64,000 nucleotides of DNA from Eledone cirrhosa (Eukaryota): positions 7,936,001 to 8,000,000 of the forward strand of contig OZ024759.1 in assembly GCA_964016885.1 (NCBI GenBank), read 5' to 3'. Within the stretch, counting starts at the first letter, position 1. Each line of letters begins with the position of its first letter. The position numbers and the translations under genes were made by a program. The notes beneath the pieces were generated by a model. The model was not told the DNA's origin, did no database searches, and was given only the letters and a program-made list of their open reading frames with translations. Shown piece by piece: positions 1-12,290 of this stretch.

Positions 1-413
1 TGTGTGTGTGTGGCTGTGTGTTCATATCTATATGTAACTGTGTATCTGTTTCTGTGTATATATTAGTGTGTGTATATAACACACTATTTTCCATACTTTA
101 CACAATATATCTTAAAAACACACTCGTTTAAACATACATTCACACAAAATAGGAACATTAACACACACACACATCACTTTGCGTTCCCAATTGTTACCAA
201 GACTACCGGCCTGTCTTGTTTACTCTCATTCTTTTGGGTTTTTTTACTTGGACTCCCTTTTATTTTCTGTATCTATACTTTGTTATCCTGTCTGTATGTG
301 CTGAAGAAGGGCTAAAGTCTGTACTCCTGAAGAAGGGCTGAAGTCCAACACGTTGAACTTTCTTTCTCCATATATAGCGTAAAACTAAGACTTTTTGTAC
401 CTATATTTCCTTG

Positions 414-486
<73 letters not shown>

Positions 487-740
487 AAAGTTCTATTTAA
501 ATTGTTGGGATACAACAAGCAAATATTTTTATAACTGATATAAAGCACTCAACAAATATTTGGAGTAAAAATACGATATTAATAAATGGAAACTATATTT
601 ATAAAACCATATTTATTTCATTATACTTACCTAATAGTATAATTAAAGATATAACTCCACTATCCGGGAGCTTCCAATAGTAATGGTTTTATTCTTTAAG
701 GGTATGTCAATATTTATTTATAAAACTGCTCTATATTATA

Positions 741-801
741 TTTTATCTGATGAAAGCACACCATAATTTAACTTGGTGTCCTTGAAATATGTATAATGAA
801 A
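741..801 (+). ncRNA. Type I hammerhead ribozyme (group 1)
   Basis: TTTTAT-CTGATGA-AAGCACACCA/TGGTGTCCTT-GAAA-TATGTA-TA^ATGAAA; all three helices pair by eye. Confidence 0.8.
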
Positions 802-1033
802 TAAATATGCTTTTATAAATATAGTTTCCATTTGTTAATATCGTATATATATACATATATATATATATGTATATATATATATACCTATATATATATATAT
901 ATACATATATATTAAGAGAGAGGGGGAGAACATACCAAAAATGAGGAGAACCCGAGAAACACATGTATGTATCTAAGTAACTGGGAGAGAGAGAGAGAAG
1001 TCAAAAACAGCTACTGAACATAAGTCCAAAGCT

Positions 1034-1835
1034 TGTTCGATATGTAGAAAAGGAACTGGCATAAATTCTATAAAATGCACACAATACAGATCCTGGGTAC
1101 ACAAGAGATGTAGCGGGATAGCAGGCAAACTAACAGGTAGGGAGAAATACATATGCAGTAGATGTACAGGGAAATTAGACAGTAGAAGTCGCATTGATAA
1201 ACACATTTTTCAAATGCAGGAGGATAGCTTCTGGTACCTAGGTGATTAGATTAGCATGAGTTCCGAGGCCATAGTATCTAGAATAAGGACGGGTTGGAAG
1301 AAGTTTAGGGAGCTGCTCGCTCTGCTGACAAAGAAGGGTTTCTCCCTGCGTACGAAAGGCCGGTTATATGATGCCTGTGTGAGGAGCGCGATGCTGCATG
1401 GTAGTGAGACATGGACAGCAACTGCAGAGGATATGCGACGGCTGGAGAGAAATGAGGCAAGCATGCTCCGTTGGATGTGCAGTGTCAATGTGTGTGAACG
1501 ACCTAGCATAAATGTGTTGAGAGAGAAACTGTGCCTGAGAGGGATAGAATGTAGTGTGCGAGAGAGGAGACTGAGGTGGTATGGACATGTGATGCGCATG
1601 GAGGATGACCGATGGGTGAAGAAATGCCAGGAAATGCCAGTAGAAGGAAGACGCAGTAGAGGTAGACCACGAAAAACATGGGCGGAGGTGGTGAGAACAG
1701 ACCTCAGATCGCTGAAGCTCACGATGGAGATGACGAAGGACCGTGACAAGTGGAGAGATGCTGTGCTGAATAAGACCCGTCCCACCCTTGCAAGCAGGGA
1801 AAAGTGGACGTAAAATGATGATAATGATGATGATG
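1034..1835 (+). mobile_element. RTE-clade LINE family A, 5'-truncated
   Basis: ORF with MLHGSETW, RRLRWYGHVMRM, RGRPRKTW; tail CTTGCAAGCAGGGAAAAGTGGACGTAAAA(TGA)n. Confidence 0.88.
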
Positions 1836-2492
1836 AAATCAACAAAAAAAGTATCTCTCTTTTATAGTAAAATTTGGCTAATTTAGATATTTTATCTATG
1901 GCAAAGCATCTATAACGGCGGCGAAGATTCGAAACTGAATCTGAGCTTTCCCGCCTCTGGGACAAGCCATGGTTCGTTGTTTACGCACGGCAGACCAACC
2001 CCTTGGGAGATGCTAAACACAGGTCAGATGTTGTTTACGCCTGGCAAAAAAAAAGAGGTCAGATATATCCATCCTTCTAAGTTGTTTACGCCTGGCAGAC
2101 CAACCCCTTGGGAGATTCTAACCAAAGGTCAGAGGATATATCTATCCTTCTAGCTTCAACCCTTATAAATACAAGAGTTGTTTACGCCCCGCCAGAAAAG
2201 GTGATACCACAGATAAGAACGGAAGTATTTCACCTACTCTACCAAATCTCCCTTCACGAAAAACGTCTGTCTACTATTTTCTCACACACCTTACACACCT
2301 GGCTGAGTGATTACTACTACTGCTAAAACAAGAACACACGCACACATAGTAAGTTCACACTGTTTTCATTTCACACGCACCATGTCTGTTTGTCAGATTG
2401 TATCTTTCAGATACAATACAATTATATTATAATCGTATTCTGTGATACTTGTATTTACGTGGCTCGAAAAGCCACCAACTTATTGTACGAAT

Positions 2493-2763
2493 TGTGGTTG
2501 GTGTTAGGAAGGGCATCCAGCTGTAGAAAACCCGCCAGACAGTCCACGCTGTAATGTGGCCGTGTAGGCAACACGGTAAAAACCTCCCAGCCCCACACTG
2601 TAAATGTGGTTGGTGTTAGGAAGGGCATCCAACTGTAGAAAACCCGCCAGACAGTCCTATGCGAGCAAGACAACCACTCTTGCCTCAAGTGGGAAAACCC
2701 CCGTCCAAACCCATGCAAGCGTGGAACACGGACGCTAAACCTGATGATGATGATGATGATGAT
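2493..2763 (+). mobile_element. RTE family B 3'UTR/tail fragment
   Basis: Matches the 3'UTRs at 17750-18200 and 42260-42649; (GAT)n tail. Confidence 0.8.
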
Positions 2764-3449
2764 TTCATGTTATAGATCTTATCATTCAATATTCAGATTG
2801 AATATTGTTATGATAAAATAAACATTGTATCAACACAATCCTGGTATTATTCTTTGCATTGAAACCATCATACCAACAATTCCATCTATTCACTTTCCCG
2901 TTACAACTGGAATATTCGTTACACTTCACTAGAATTATGACGTCAAAAATTATCAACAAAAATTATCATTTTCTTGCAAAAAAAATGTGTGAATTGCAGC
3001 AAGGCGCGGGAAATTTGGCTAGTAATAAAATAAATATGATGCTATAGTGATATTTTCCATTTATTACTATTGTTAATATTATAATACTCCAGATAAAATT
3101 TACTGTAGGGTGCTTCATATCCTTTATGAACATAACTCTGCTGAACAAAACATATAACTCATTGTTTATATATATATATATATATATGTATGTGTATATA
3201 TATATATATATGTGTGTGTGTGTAAAAGGTAAACAGAAATAATAACACAATCGGTACAGTATATGGAAGGAATATATTAGGTTAACGCTTGAAATAGCTG
3301 GAAGAGGGTGTTAATGTTTCAGACTTTTTTTTGAAAAGTGGATGATGGAGTGCTAGCAAAAACAACTTTTCCACAATATAAATTACTTCAGCTTCAACAA
3401 AATATAGAAGTTACTTGCAAAACCAATACAACTACGATATGTATGATAA

Positions 3450-3747
3450 TCTATATATCTAAAACAGAGAATGTCTGTCAGTCTCTCTGACACCCTAAAA
3501 CTCGAGAACCACCCAACCGATTGTTTTCAAACTTTACACATGTAATACTTATGGTCCTGTGAGTGTTTTGAGCAAAGAATATTTCAAATTTTCAGTGCCT
3601 TACAAACGGCATTAGGCGATTTAGCGATCTCTCTCTATAATTCTTAGTCTTTCTTTTTAGATAGATACATAGATATAACGTTGCACCCTTATAATATCTG
3701 TCTGCATGTCTGTCTGTCTGTCTGCATTACGACATTATGACGCTATA

Positions 3748-3830
<83 letters not shown>

Positions 3831-4131
3831 TGTATATATATATATATATAGTGTGTAATGTTTTTTGAAATATTTACTTCTGCGTTCACAAATTGACTTT
3901 TCTAGTTTCAGAAGATCCCGTTAAGGGTGAAAGCAGCGATTCTTTGCTTAAACTTTATTCTGTTATTTTAATATATATATATTTATATATTTGTGTACAG
4001 ATATTTTTGCATATACAATAACAAAATATAAACAAACGTATTTATTTCACGAGGCTCGATAAGGATTAATATATATCAAATATATAAGAACCCTAGAGCA
4101 AATCCCGAGCAACGCCGGGCTATTCTGCTAG
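3450..4131 (+). mobile_element. Non-autonomous Helitron-like element with nested insertions
   Basis: A|TCTATATATCTAAAA 5' end; subterminal hairpin CCCGAGCAACGCCGGG (4104-4119); 3' CTAG|T. Confidence 0.65.
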
Positions 4132-4241
4132 TAATAATTTTCATTATTGAGTACAGTGCTCAGGTACACAACTTATCAAAAAAATTAAAATGAGGGTAGA
4201 CTGGTTTGGCGTAAATGTTGTGAGTCCAATAACTATATATA

Positions 4242-4521
4242 CAGTTGTCCCACTGTATTAATGAGGGTTACATTCCTAGAAAAGTGAAAAACCGCAAATA
4301 TTGGACGTGGTCCATAAAAATTTCCTCTAAACGTCGAAACATAGCGTAAAATGTAGGCCGGCAAATACAGTATATTGTTGTTGATATAGCATTAAAAGGT
4401 GTGAAGAAATATATATTGCCATGAAAAAAGGCATAAAAAATCGGGGAAGATATTTACGATCCCGCAAATATGTTCTAAGGTAAATTATGCGAATAACTAG
4501 GACCGCGAATGTCGGGGTACA

Positions 4522-4524
<3 letters not shown>
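4242..4524. mobile_element. Tc1/Tigger-like MITE
   Basis: TA|CAGTTGTCCC ... GGGGTACACTG|TA, imperfect TIRs with TA flanks. Confidence 0.5.
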
Positions 4525-4594
<70 letters not shown>

Positions 4595-4746
4595 TTTATT
4601 TATTATAACAGATTAAAGTTTAAGCAAAGAATCGCTGCTTTCACCCTTAACGGGATCTTCTGAAACTAACAAAGTCAATCTGTAAACGCAGAAGTAAATA
4701 TTAAAAAAAACGTTGCAACCGGAGGAAGACAGGAAGACGATACTTT

Positions 4747-5020
4747 GGTTCGTGGAAACGTTCCCTGGCAAAGAACTGGAAAAAACGAAGATAATACATC
4801 ATATGTGGAGTGGGGAGAACAATTGCACGCAAAGACAAAACCACGTATATGGTATAAAAGAGGTCGTAGACTAATATTCTGTTAGGTGGTTCGTGGAGAC
4901 GTTCTCTGGCAATGAACGGAAAAAACGAAGATAATACATCATATGTGGAGTGGGGAGAACAATTGCACGCAAAGACAAAACCACGTAAATGGTATAGCTG
5001 AAGTCGTAGACTAAAATTCT
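4747..5020. repeat. Two-copy tandem duplication, ~140 bp
   Basis: GGTTCGTGGA...AGACTAA occurs twice. Confidence 0.8.
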
Positions 5021-5079
5021 AACTAGGAAACCGAATGATTCTCGGCTTCAGAGTTAAGATAAATATATATATATATATC

Positions 5080-5405
5080 ACCAGGACCGCCCCTTTCAAT
5101 ATAAAGTTATGTTGGTGCCACAACATCCAGGCCGAAACAAATGAGATCGTGTAGGTGTCACGACAAAAAAAAAAACACAGTCCACGCTGTAATGTGGCCG
5201 TGTAGGCAACACGGTAAAAACCTCCCAGCCCCACACTGTAAATGTGATTGGTGTTAGGAAGGGCATCCAGCTGTAGAAAACCCGCCAGACAGTCCTATGC
5301 GAGCAAGACAATCACTCTTGCCTCAAGTGGGAAAAACCCCGTCCAAACCCATGCAAACGTGGAACATGGACGTTAAACGTTGATGATGATGATGATGATG
5401 ATGAT
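5080..5405 (+). mobile_element. RTE family B 3'UTR/tail fragment
   Basis: Same 3'UTR as other B copies, (GAT)n tail. Confidence 0.8.
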
Positions 5406-5595
5406 ATATATAATATTACAACCCTCGTAATTTTAGACACACGATTTACTGTGTTTATTACTACATATATTATTATATAATTGTTTCTACATTTGGCACA
5501 AGGCCAGCAATTAATTACCCAGTGTATTACTGGTACTTTACACTGGGTAATTGCTGGCCTTGTGCCAAAAGTAGAAACAATTTTATAATAATATA

Positions 5596-5944
5596 TCATC
5601 ATTCATCATCATCATTTCATTTTACGTCCGCTTTTCCCTGCTTGCAAGGGTGGGATGGGAACTGATTTTTTGGCTTGATTTCTACAGCTGGATGCCCTTC
5701 CTAACACCAACCTCATTTACAGTGAGGTCTGGGTGCTTTTTTGCCGTGGCACCTCCACGACCACTTTGCAGTGGAATGATATGGACCCCAGTCCCTATCA
5801 TCTCATTTCTACAGCTGAGTAAACTGGAGCAATGTGAAATAAAGTGTCTTGCTCAAAGAAACAACACATCACCCGGTCTGAGAATTGAACTCACAACCTT
5901 TTGATTGCAAGGCCAATGCTCTAACCACTAAGCCATGTGCCTCC
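5596..5944 (-). mobile_element. tRNA-head CORE-SINE with RTE-A tail, full length
   Basis: Minus strand A-box TGGCTTAGTGG, B-box GAGTTCAATTC, CORE-like TTGAGCAAGACACTT...CTCAGCTGTAGAAATGAG, tail matching RTE-A. Confidence 0.85.
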
Positions 5945-6254
5945 ATATATAGTAATACAATTACGAGGGTTGTAATATTATATAATACTCAGTATTTATA
6001 CTTGTATTTATACTTTGACGTGTTAATTACAGGGTATCAGTATGAGTTATTAACTCTAACCTTTATTTATATATATATTTCTCTCTCTCTCTCTCTGATG
6101 ATGATGATGATGATGTATGCCAAGGATGTTGTTTAATTAATTATTAACCTAAATTATTTAATTACCATGTGAACATTATTATGATTATTTTGATGTGGAA
6201 ATTATATATTGTTTTTTTTCTTCTTTTTTTCTTTTTCACCCCTCACTCCCCTAC

Positions 6255-6670
6255 ACAATATATATACACCACTACTCCATGACATATACACCACCACTCC
6301 ATCATATATACACCACCACCACCCCCACTATATACACCACCACCACCCCACTATATACACCACCACCACCACCACCACTAACCACCCCACTATATACACC
6401 ACCACCACCACCACCACCCCACTATATACACCACCACCACCACCCCACTATATACACCACCCCCACCCCACCCCACTATATACACCACCACCACCACCCC
6501 ACTATATACACCACCCCCCCACTCTATACACCACCACCACCACCACCACCACCACCACCACCACCACCCCACTATATACACCACCACCACCACCACCACC
6601 ACCACCACCACCACCACCACCACCACCACCACCCCACTCTATATACACCACCACCACCACCACCACCACA
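6255..6670. repeat. (CCA)n/CTATATACAC compound microsatellite
   Basis: Directly visible; abuts the exon A acceptor. Confidence 0.95.
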
Positions 6671-6671
6671 G

Positions 6672-6857
6672 TCTTTATCTGGGGGTGAGATAGTAATCTA
6701 CCCACCACTCAGTATATCTTCGGAGTTCAAATCGGAGGACAATATAATAGTTGGCAATGTGGTCCTGTACGGGGCCTCAGCAGGCAGGGCCTTCTTCCGC
6801 GGTCAGGCGGCCGAGAGGTTTTGTGTTCGAAACTCAGGAGCCGTTGCAGTCAGCGAG
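6672..6857 (+). CDS. GLT1: Glutamate synthase [NADH] exon A (GXGXG domain): [12 protein letters not shown]...[37 protein letters not shown]
   Basis: Hallmark GltS motifs ([22 protein letters not shown]); acceptor CAG ends at 6671, donor GTAACT at 6858. Confidence 0.95.
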
Positions 6858-6862
6858 GTAAC

Positions 6863-6863
6863 T

Positions 6864-6898
<35 letters not shown>

Positions 6899-7320
6899 GT
6901 CCCCCATATCTCTCTCTCTCTCTCTGTCCCTCTCTATCCCTCTCTCTGTCTCCCTCTCTGTCTCTCTGTCTCCCTCTGTGTCTCTCTGTCTCCCCCTCTC
7001 TCTCTCTCTCCCTCTCCCTCCCTCCCCCTCTCTCTCTCTCTCTTTCCCTCTCCCTCTCTCTCTCTCTCTCTCTGTCCCTCTCTATCCCTCTGTCTCCCTC
7101 TGTCTCTCTGTCTCCCTCCCCTCTCTCTCTGTCTCTCTGCCCCCTCCCTCTCTCTCTCTTTCTCTCTCTCTGTCCCTCTCTATCCCCCCGTCTCTCTCTC
7201 TGTCTCCCCATCTCTCTCTCTCTCTCTCTGTCCCTCTCTATCCTTCTGTCTCCCTCTCTGTCTCTCTCTCTGTCTCTCCCTCTCTCTCTCTCTGTCCCCC
7301 CCTCCTCTCTCCCTCTGTCC
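6863..7320. repeat. (CT)n-rich microsatellite filling intron A-B
   Basis: Directly visible. Confidence 0.95.
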
Positions 7321-7367
7321 AACCCAGAAACAATGTTGGCCACTAAACTAGAATCTGTTATTTGTAG

Positions 7368-7483
7368 GGCTGTGGAGATCACGGTTGTGAATATATGACT
7401 GGTGGAAAAGTCCTTATATTGGGCTTGACTGGTCGCAATTTTGCTGCAGGTATGTCTGGTGGTCTGGCCTACGTCTATGACAA
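7368..7483 (+). CDS. GLT1: Glutamate synthase exon B: [38 protein letters not shown]
   Basis: Manual translation; TTTGTAG acceptor, GTAAGT donor; [11 protein letters not shown] and [10 protein letters not shown] motifs. Confidence 0.96.
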
Positions 7484-8407
7484 GTAAGTACAAAAACTAA
7501 TCTCATTCCTTCATGTTGACATTTTTTAAATATGCTTCAACAATTTTCAATACAAACCGTCTCAATCAACACCTTTCTACGACAAAACTAATTATTTTAG
7601 ATATTTGTCTAAAAATCTTCTATCATAATTTTATGTAAGAGCCTTTGTTAAGTTATGTTCCAAACACCCATGGTTCTATGACAAAAAAACTGTCTGTTTT
7701 AAAGTATTTATATTTATCTAAAGACTTTCTATCATTATTTTATGTAAGAACCTTTAAGTTATGTTCCAAACCACTCCTGGTTCTACAACACAAATCTGTC
7801 CGTTTTTAAGAATCTTCCACCATAATTTTATGTAAAGAACCTTTGGCCTAAATATAAATATATACATATATATATTTGTAGTAAGGTTGCTAGGATGCGT
7901 CCATAGGCGGTATGCCGGTTGAGCACTCTTCAGAGAAGAGTATAATAATAATATGGAAAACAAAGAATCAGTGATGGATCGGAACACAATTTATTACGTA
8001 TTACAATTGTTTTTCTGCCGAACAGCTCGAGGTGCGATCTGTTTGTGGATCGAACCTGACTCTGGACTCGCAAGTACCTCAGATACGTCTAGTGACTTCG
8101 AAGCAAATCCTCTGTCTGTTGGACTCCGACCCTTAGAATTTCTATCATCTGCTGTCATCTTGTTTGCGTGGCCCGTCGATTGGTCAAGAGTTTGAGACGT
8201 CATCTGTATGTTTGACCATTCAAAGCTTCCCCCTGACCATTTCCATTCAGGTGTGAGCTGTCACTCACCTGAATGGAAATGGTAAACACTGAAAGTAGTG
8301 CCACTCAATTTAAAATACATGTTAGCTTCATCATATCCTCAGAGACTGAGAGAAGATATAAATATATGTGTAACCGGCAAATTTACAAATTCAGATTACC
8401 ACATCAA

Positions 8408-8644
8408 TTTACAGTGTGGGCTGGGTGCTTTTTTGCCGTGGCACCTCCACGACCACTTTGCAGTGGAATGTGGAATGATATGGACCCCAATCCCTATCAT
8501 CTCATTTCTACAGCTGAGTAAACTGGAGCAATGTGAAATAAAGTGTCTTGCTCAAGGTAACAACACATCACCCAGCCTGAGAATTGAACTCACAACCTTT
8601 CGATTGCAAGGCCAATGCTCTAACCACTAAGCCATGTGCCTCCA
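8408..8644 (-). mobile_element. tRNA-CORE SINE, tail missing
   Basis: Near-identical to 5715-5944. Confidence 0.82.
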
Positions 8645-9051
8645 TCAAAATCAGATAATAGAGCTGGGCCATTGAAATATGTATTGTGCTTTCGTAGAAT
8701 TAAAATTCTAAAGTAAATCTTCTAGTCAAGCCTTCTGTTGGTGTTTTAATGAATATATATATGTATATATATATATTGTTATATTTAGGGAGGGTCATAT
8801 TGTTATGATATTGCCAGAAATATATAATAAAACACAGTCACTGTTCGGTTTGGGTTGGTTTTTGCCAAATATTTGTTTCAACACATGATTTCATATCAAA
8901 AACCTTGCAAATCAAATTCATTGCCATATATTTCATACATATATGTATATATGTATCTATATACATACATATATGTTTACATATGTATATATATTTGTGT
9001 ATATATATATACACATATATATAATGTCTCTCTAATTTTTCCCTCCTTCAG

Positions 9052-9652
9052 AGTAAAAATGTTCCACCAAAGATGTAACACTGATTCAGTAACTCTAGAG
9101 TCCCTGACAGAGCCTGAAGACCTAAATTTTGTGTTTGACCTCCTCTGTGAATTCCAAATCAAAACGGGGTCAGAGGTCGCAACCAACATCATCAACCATT
9201 GGGAGACAGAACAGCACGAATTTGTGAAGGTCTACCCCCACGAGTATCGCAGATGCCTCGAGAAACAAGCATCCGATGCCAGGAAGATGGCTGCTAAATT
9301 CGCTGCAGCTGTTGAAGCTGAATTGAACACGATTGTGTTGGCAGAGAGCTCCTCTGTGGCAGTGGCGGGCCCCAGCGAGAATGGTGACACCAACGCTTCC
9401 GCCACCACCACCATCACTGGTGCTTCTCCCACTACAGCTACCAACATTATCACCACCTCCGCTGCCATCACTACTATCCCCTCCACCAACAGCCTCAGCA
9501 TCAGTGAGGGTCTATTGAAACCAATCAATTCAACCGACACAATAGAAAGGTCCCTGCTCAATAGTGGGTTTCGAACTCCTACAACACCAATACCCAGTGA
9601 CTTTAAGGAGGACATGATCAATGAACTCACAGATGATGGCGGATTAGATAAA
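9052..9652 (+). CDS. GLT1: Glutamate synthase exon C (end of alpha region, FVKVYPHEYRRCL, plus long S/T/A-rich linker)
   Basis: CCTTCAG acceptor, phase matches exon B (AA+A), GTAAGT donor; lies within ORF 8855..10399. Confidence 0.9.
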
Positions 9653-9663
9653 GTAAGTACTGA

Positions 9664-10372
9664 CATCATCACCATCATCATCATCACCACCACCATCGTC
9701 ACCATCACCACCACCACCACCATCACCGTCGTCACCACCGCCATCATCATCATCACCACCACCATCATCTCACCGTCACCACCACCACCATCTCACCGTC
9801 ACCACCACTACCATCACTGCCATCACCACCACCACCACCACCACCACCACCATCACCACCATCATCATCACAACCACCACCATCATCACCACCATCACCA
9901 CCACCACCATCATCACCATCATCACCACCATCACCACCATCATCATCACAACCACCACCATCATCACAACCACCACCATCACCACCACCATCACCATCAT
10001 CATCACCATCATCACCACCATCACCACCACCATCATCACCATCACCACCACCATCATCATCACCATCATCATCACAACCACCACCATCATCGCCACCATC
10101 ATGATCACCACCATCACCACCACCATCACCACCATCACCATCACCATCATCATCATCACCACCATCATCATCACCATTATCATCACAACCACCACCATCA
10201 TCACCACCATCACCATCATCATCACCATCATCATCACTACCATCACCATCATCACCATCACCACCACCATCATCACCATCATCATCATCACCACCACCAT
10301 CACCACCACCATCATCACCACCACCACCACCATCATCACTACCATCACCATCATCACCACCACCATCATCCC
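9664..10372. repeat. (CAC/CAT)n microsatellite
   Basis: Directly visible; intronic, after the exon C donor. Confidence 0.95.
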
Positions 10373-10600
10373 CATTTAACAGTCATGTTTCCATGCTAGC
10401 ATTGGTTAGATGCGGTGTCCCATTGTGAAACAAACCAAATCAGATGACCGTGTCTTGCTCACACAGACCTGTTTCTGGCTTGGTTTCTATACCCTTCATA
10501 ATGCCAACTACGTTTACAGTGTGGACTGGTTGCTTTTTATTGAGGCACCAAAATGACCACTTTAAGGACTAAATATACAGTATATATATATATATATATA

Positions 10601-10935
10601 TCATCATCATCATCATCATCATTTTACGTCCACTTTTCCCTGCTTGCAAGGGTGGGACGGGAACTGATTCTGGCTTGATTTCTACAGCTGGATGCCCTTC
10701 CTAACACCAACCTCATTTACAGTGAGGTCTGGGTGCTTTTTTGCCGTGGCACCTCCACGACCACTTTGCAGTGGAATGATAGGGACCCCAGTCCTATCAT
10801 CTCATTTCTACAGCTGAATAAACTGGAGCAATGTGAAATAAAGTGCCTTGCTCAAGGAAACAATACATCACCCGGTCTGAGAATTGAACTTTCGATTGCA
10901 AGGCCAATGCTCTAACCACTAAGCCATGTGCCTCC
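10601..10935 (-). mobile_element. tRNA-CORE SINE
   Basis: Same family as 5596-5944. Confidence 0.85.
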
Positions 10936-10949
10936 ATATACATTAACAA

Positions 10950-12290
10950 TTAACAGTGCTGCAATTGAATGTGGCTTTCTAGCCCAGGCAATGATCTAAA
11001 ATGTCTTGCACAGAGTTGGCAACCAAAACATTCATTAACAGTAGCTGGCTGTGGTTGGATTTCATGGACTTTTGCATGTCGTTTGACCCCTCCTGCTGAT
11101 CTACACTCTCTTCCACATAGCTGACAGGTATGATGAGTAACATCTCCTACAGCAGTCTGGTAGTCAACCACTGGTCTCACTTTATGACTGCGAAGATGAC
11201 TTTCGAGTACAGTTTTGCTGAGGCAGAATCTCACACAGATGCTGCATGTCAGCACCATGGGAGGACCCTCGCCGTCTGGAAATGCAACAGCAATGCCTTT
11301 CCTCACATCCCGCTTTACTTTCTCGAATGCAATTTGAGATACTTCAAAAGCAACTTTCCCCTCATATACAGTCTTTCTCCATTTATTACAATCAGCAGCT
11401 ACGCTTTCCCATGTATCAACAGAGATGTTAAGTCTTTCAAGGAGTATTTCAATGAATCCTTACACCTCTTTTTTGGGTTTATGTGGCGGTCGTTTTCCTT
11501 TAACTAACTTTCCATAAAAGAGTTGTTTCGGTATTCTAGAATCCTTCATCCTGGCAAGGTGACCACTCCAACGGAGTCTTTGCTTAAGCACAAGAGCTTC
11601 TATACTGTCACACAGAGAGCTTTCCAAAATCTCGATATCACTGATGTGGTCCCTCCAGTGAACGCCATGGATCCGTCTGAGACACATCTGCTGGAAATGC
11701 TCCAATTGTTTAAGGAGGTGTCAATAGGTGACCCAGGTCTCGCAGGCAGGAAGAGAAGAGAGCACACATGTCTTGTACGCCTTTACCTTTGTCTTCTTGC
11801 ATATGTCTTGCCGACCCCAAAGGCGCCTTTCTAGCTTTCCGAAAGCATCACTTGCTTTCCTAATCAAGAGTGGAATTTCATTATCAAGGTTGCTGTATCG
11901 ATTGACAGTGCTTCCCAGGTAGACAAATGGATCAACCACTCCAAGTCGTTTACCATACACATAGATATTTGTCTCACTGTACTGCTTACCATGAGCAGGT
12001 TGGTACATGATGATGGTTTTCTTGAGACTGACAGTCAATCCTAGGGCAGTGCAAGCATCAGAAAATGCATTCAAAATGTGCTGCATATCACTCTGTGTGT
12101 GCGCTACAAGATTGCAATCATCTGCATACAAGAGGTCTCTTATCGTTGAAGTAAATACTTTTGTTCTTGCAGCAAAGCGCCTGATGTTAAATATGCTTCC
12201 AGAGGTTCCATAGTAGATGTAAACACCATGCTCGCAATTCCTGAATGCATTATAGAAAACCATTGCAAAATATATGGCAAACAGGGTCAC
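10950..12290 (-). mobile_element. RTE/BovB-like LINE fragment (RT C-half plus C2H2 fingers), degenerate
   Basis: DLLYADDC, FVYLGS, RLRWSGHLARMKDSRIPKQLFYG; frameshifted ORFs. Confidence 0.85.

Noticed and set aside
295-360. CTGAAGAAGGGC..GTCC hammerhead-like duplicates
   Set aside because: The GAAA box is absent (AACA); probably a decayed PLE ribozyme, so not called.
1900-2340. Short GTTGTTTACGCC repeats, possible LTR fragment
   Set aside because: No termini, PBS or second copy in the window to support a call.
5870-5944. tRNA gene-like sequences (A/B boxes, CTTGCAA loop)
   Set aside because: They are SINE heads: always fused to the CORE domain and without a proper acceptor stem.
6195-7346. 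383-aa Pro/His/Ser-Leu ORF
   Set aside because: Only 6672-6857 is coding; the flanks are microsatellites that are open by chance.
7885-7945. Minus-strand CTGAAGA with a short helix
   Set aside because: No GAAA or NUH follows.
9653-10399. Poly-His extension of ORF 8855..10399
   Set aside because: It lies after the GTAAGT donor at 9653 and is an intronic (CAY)n microsatellite; the protein continues in exon D.
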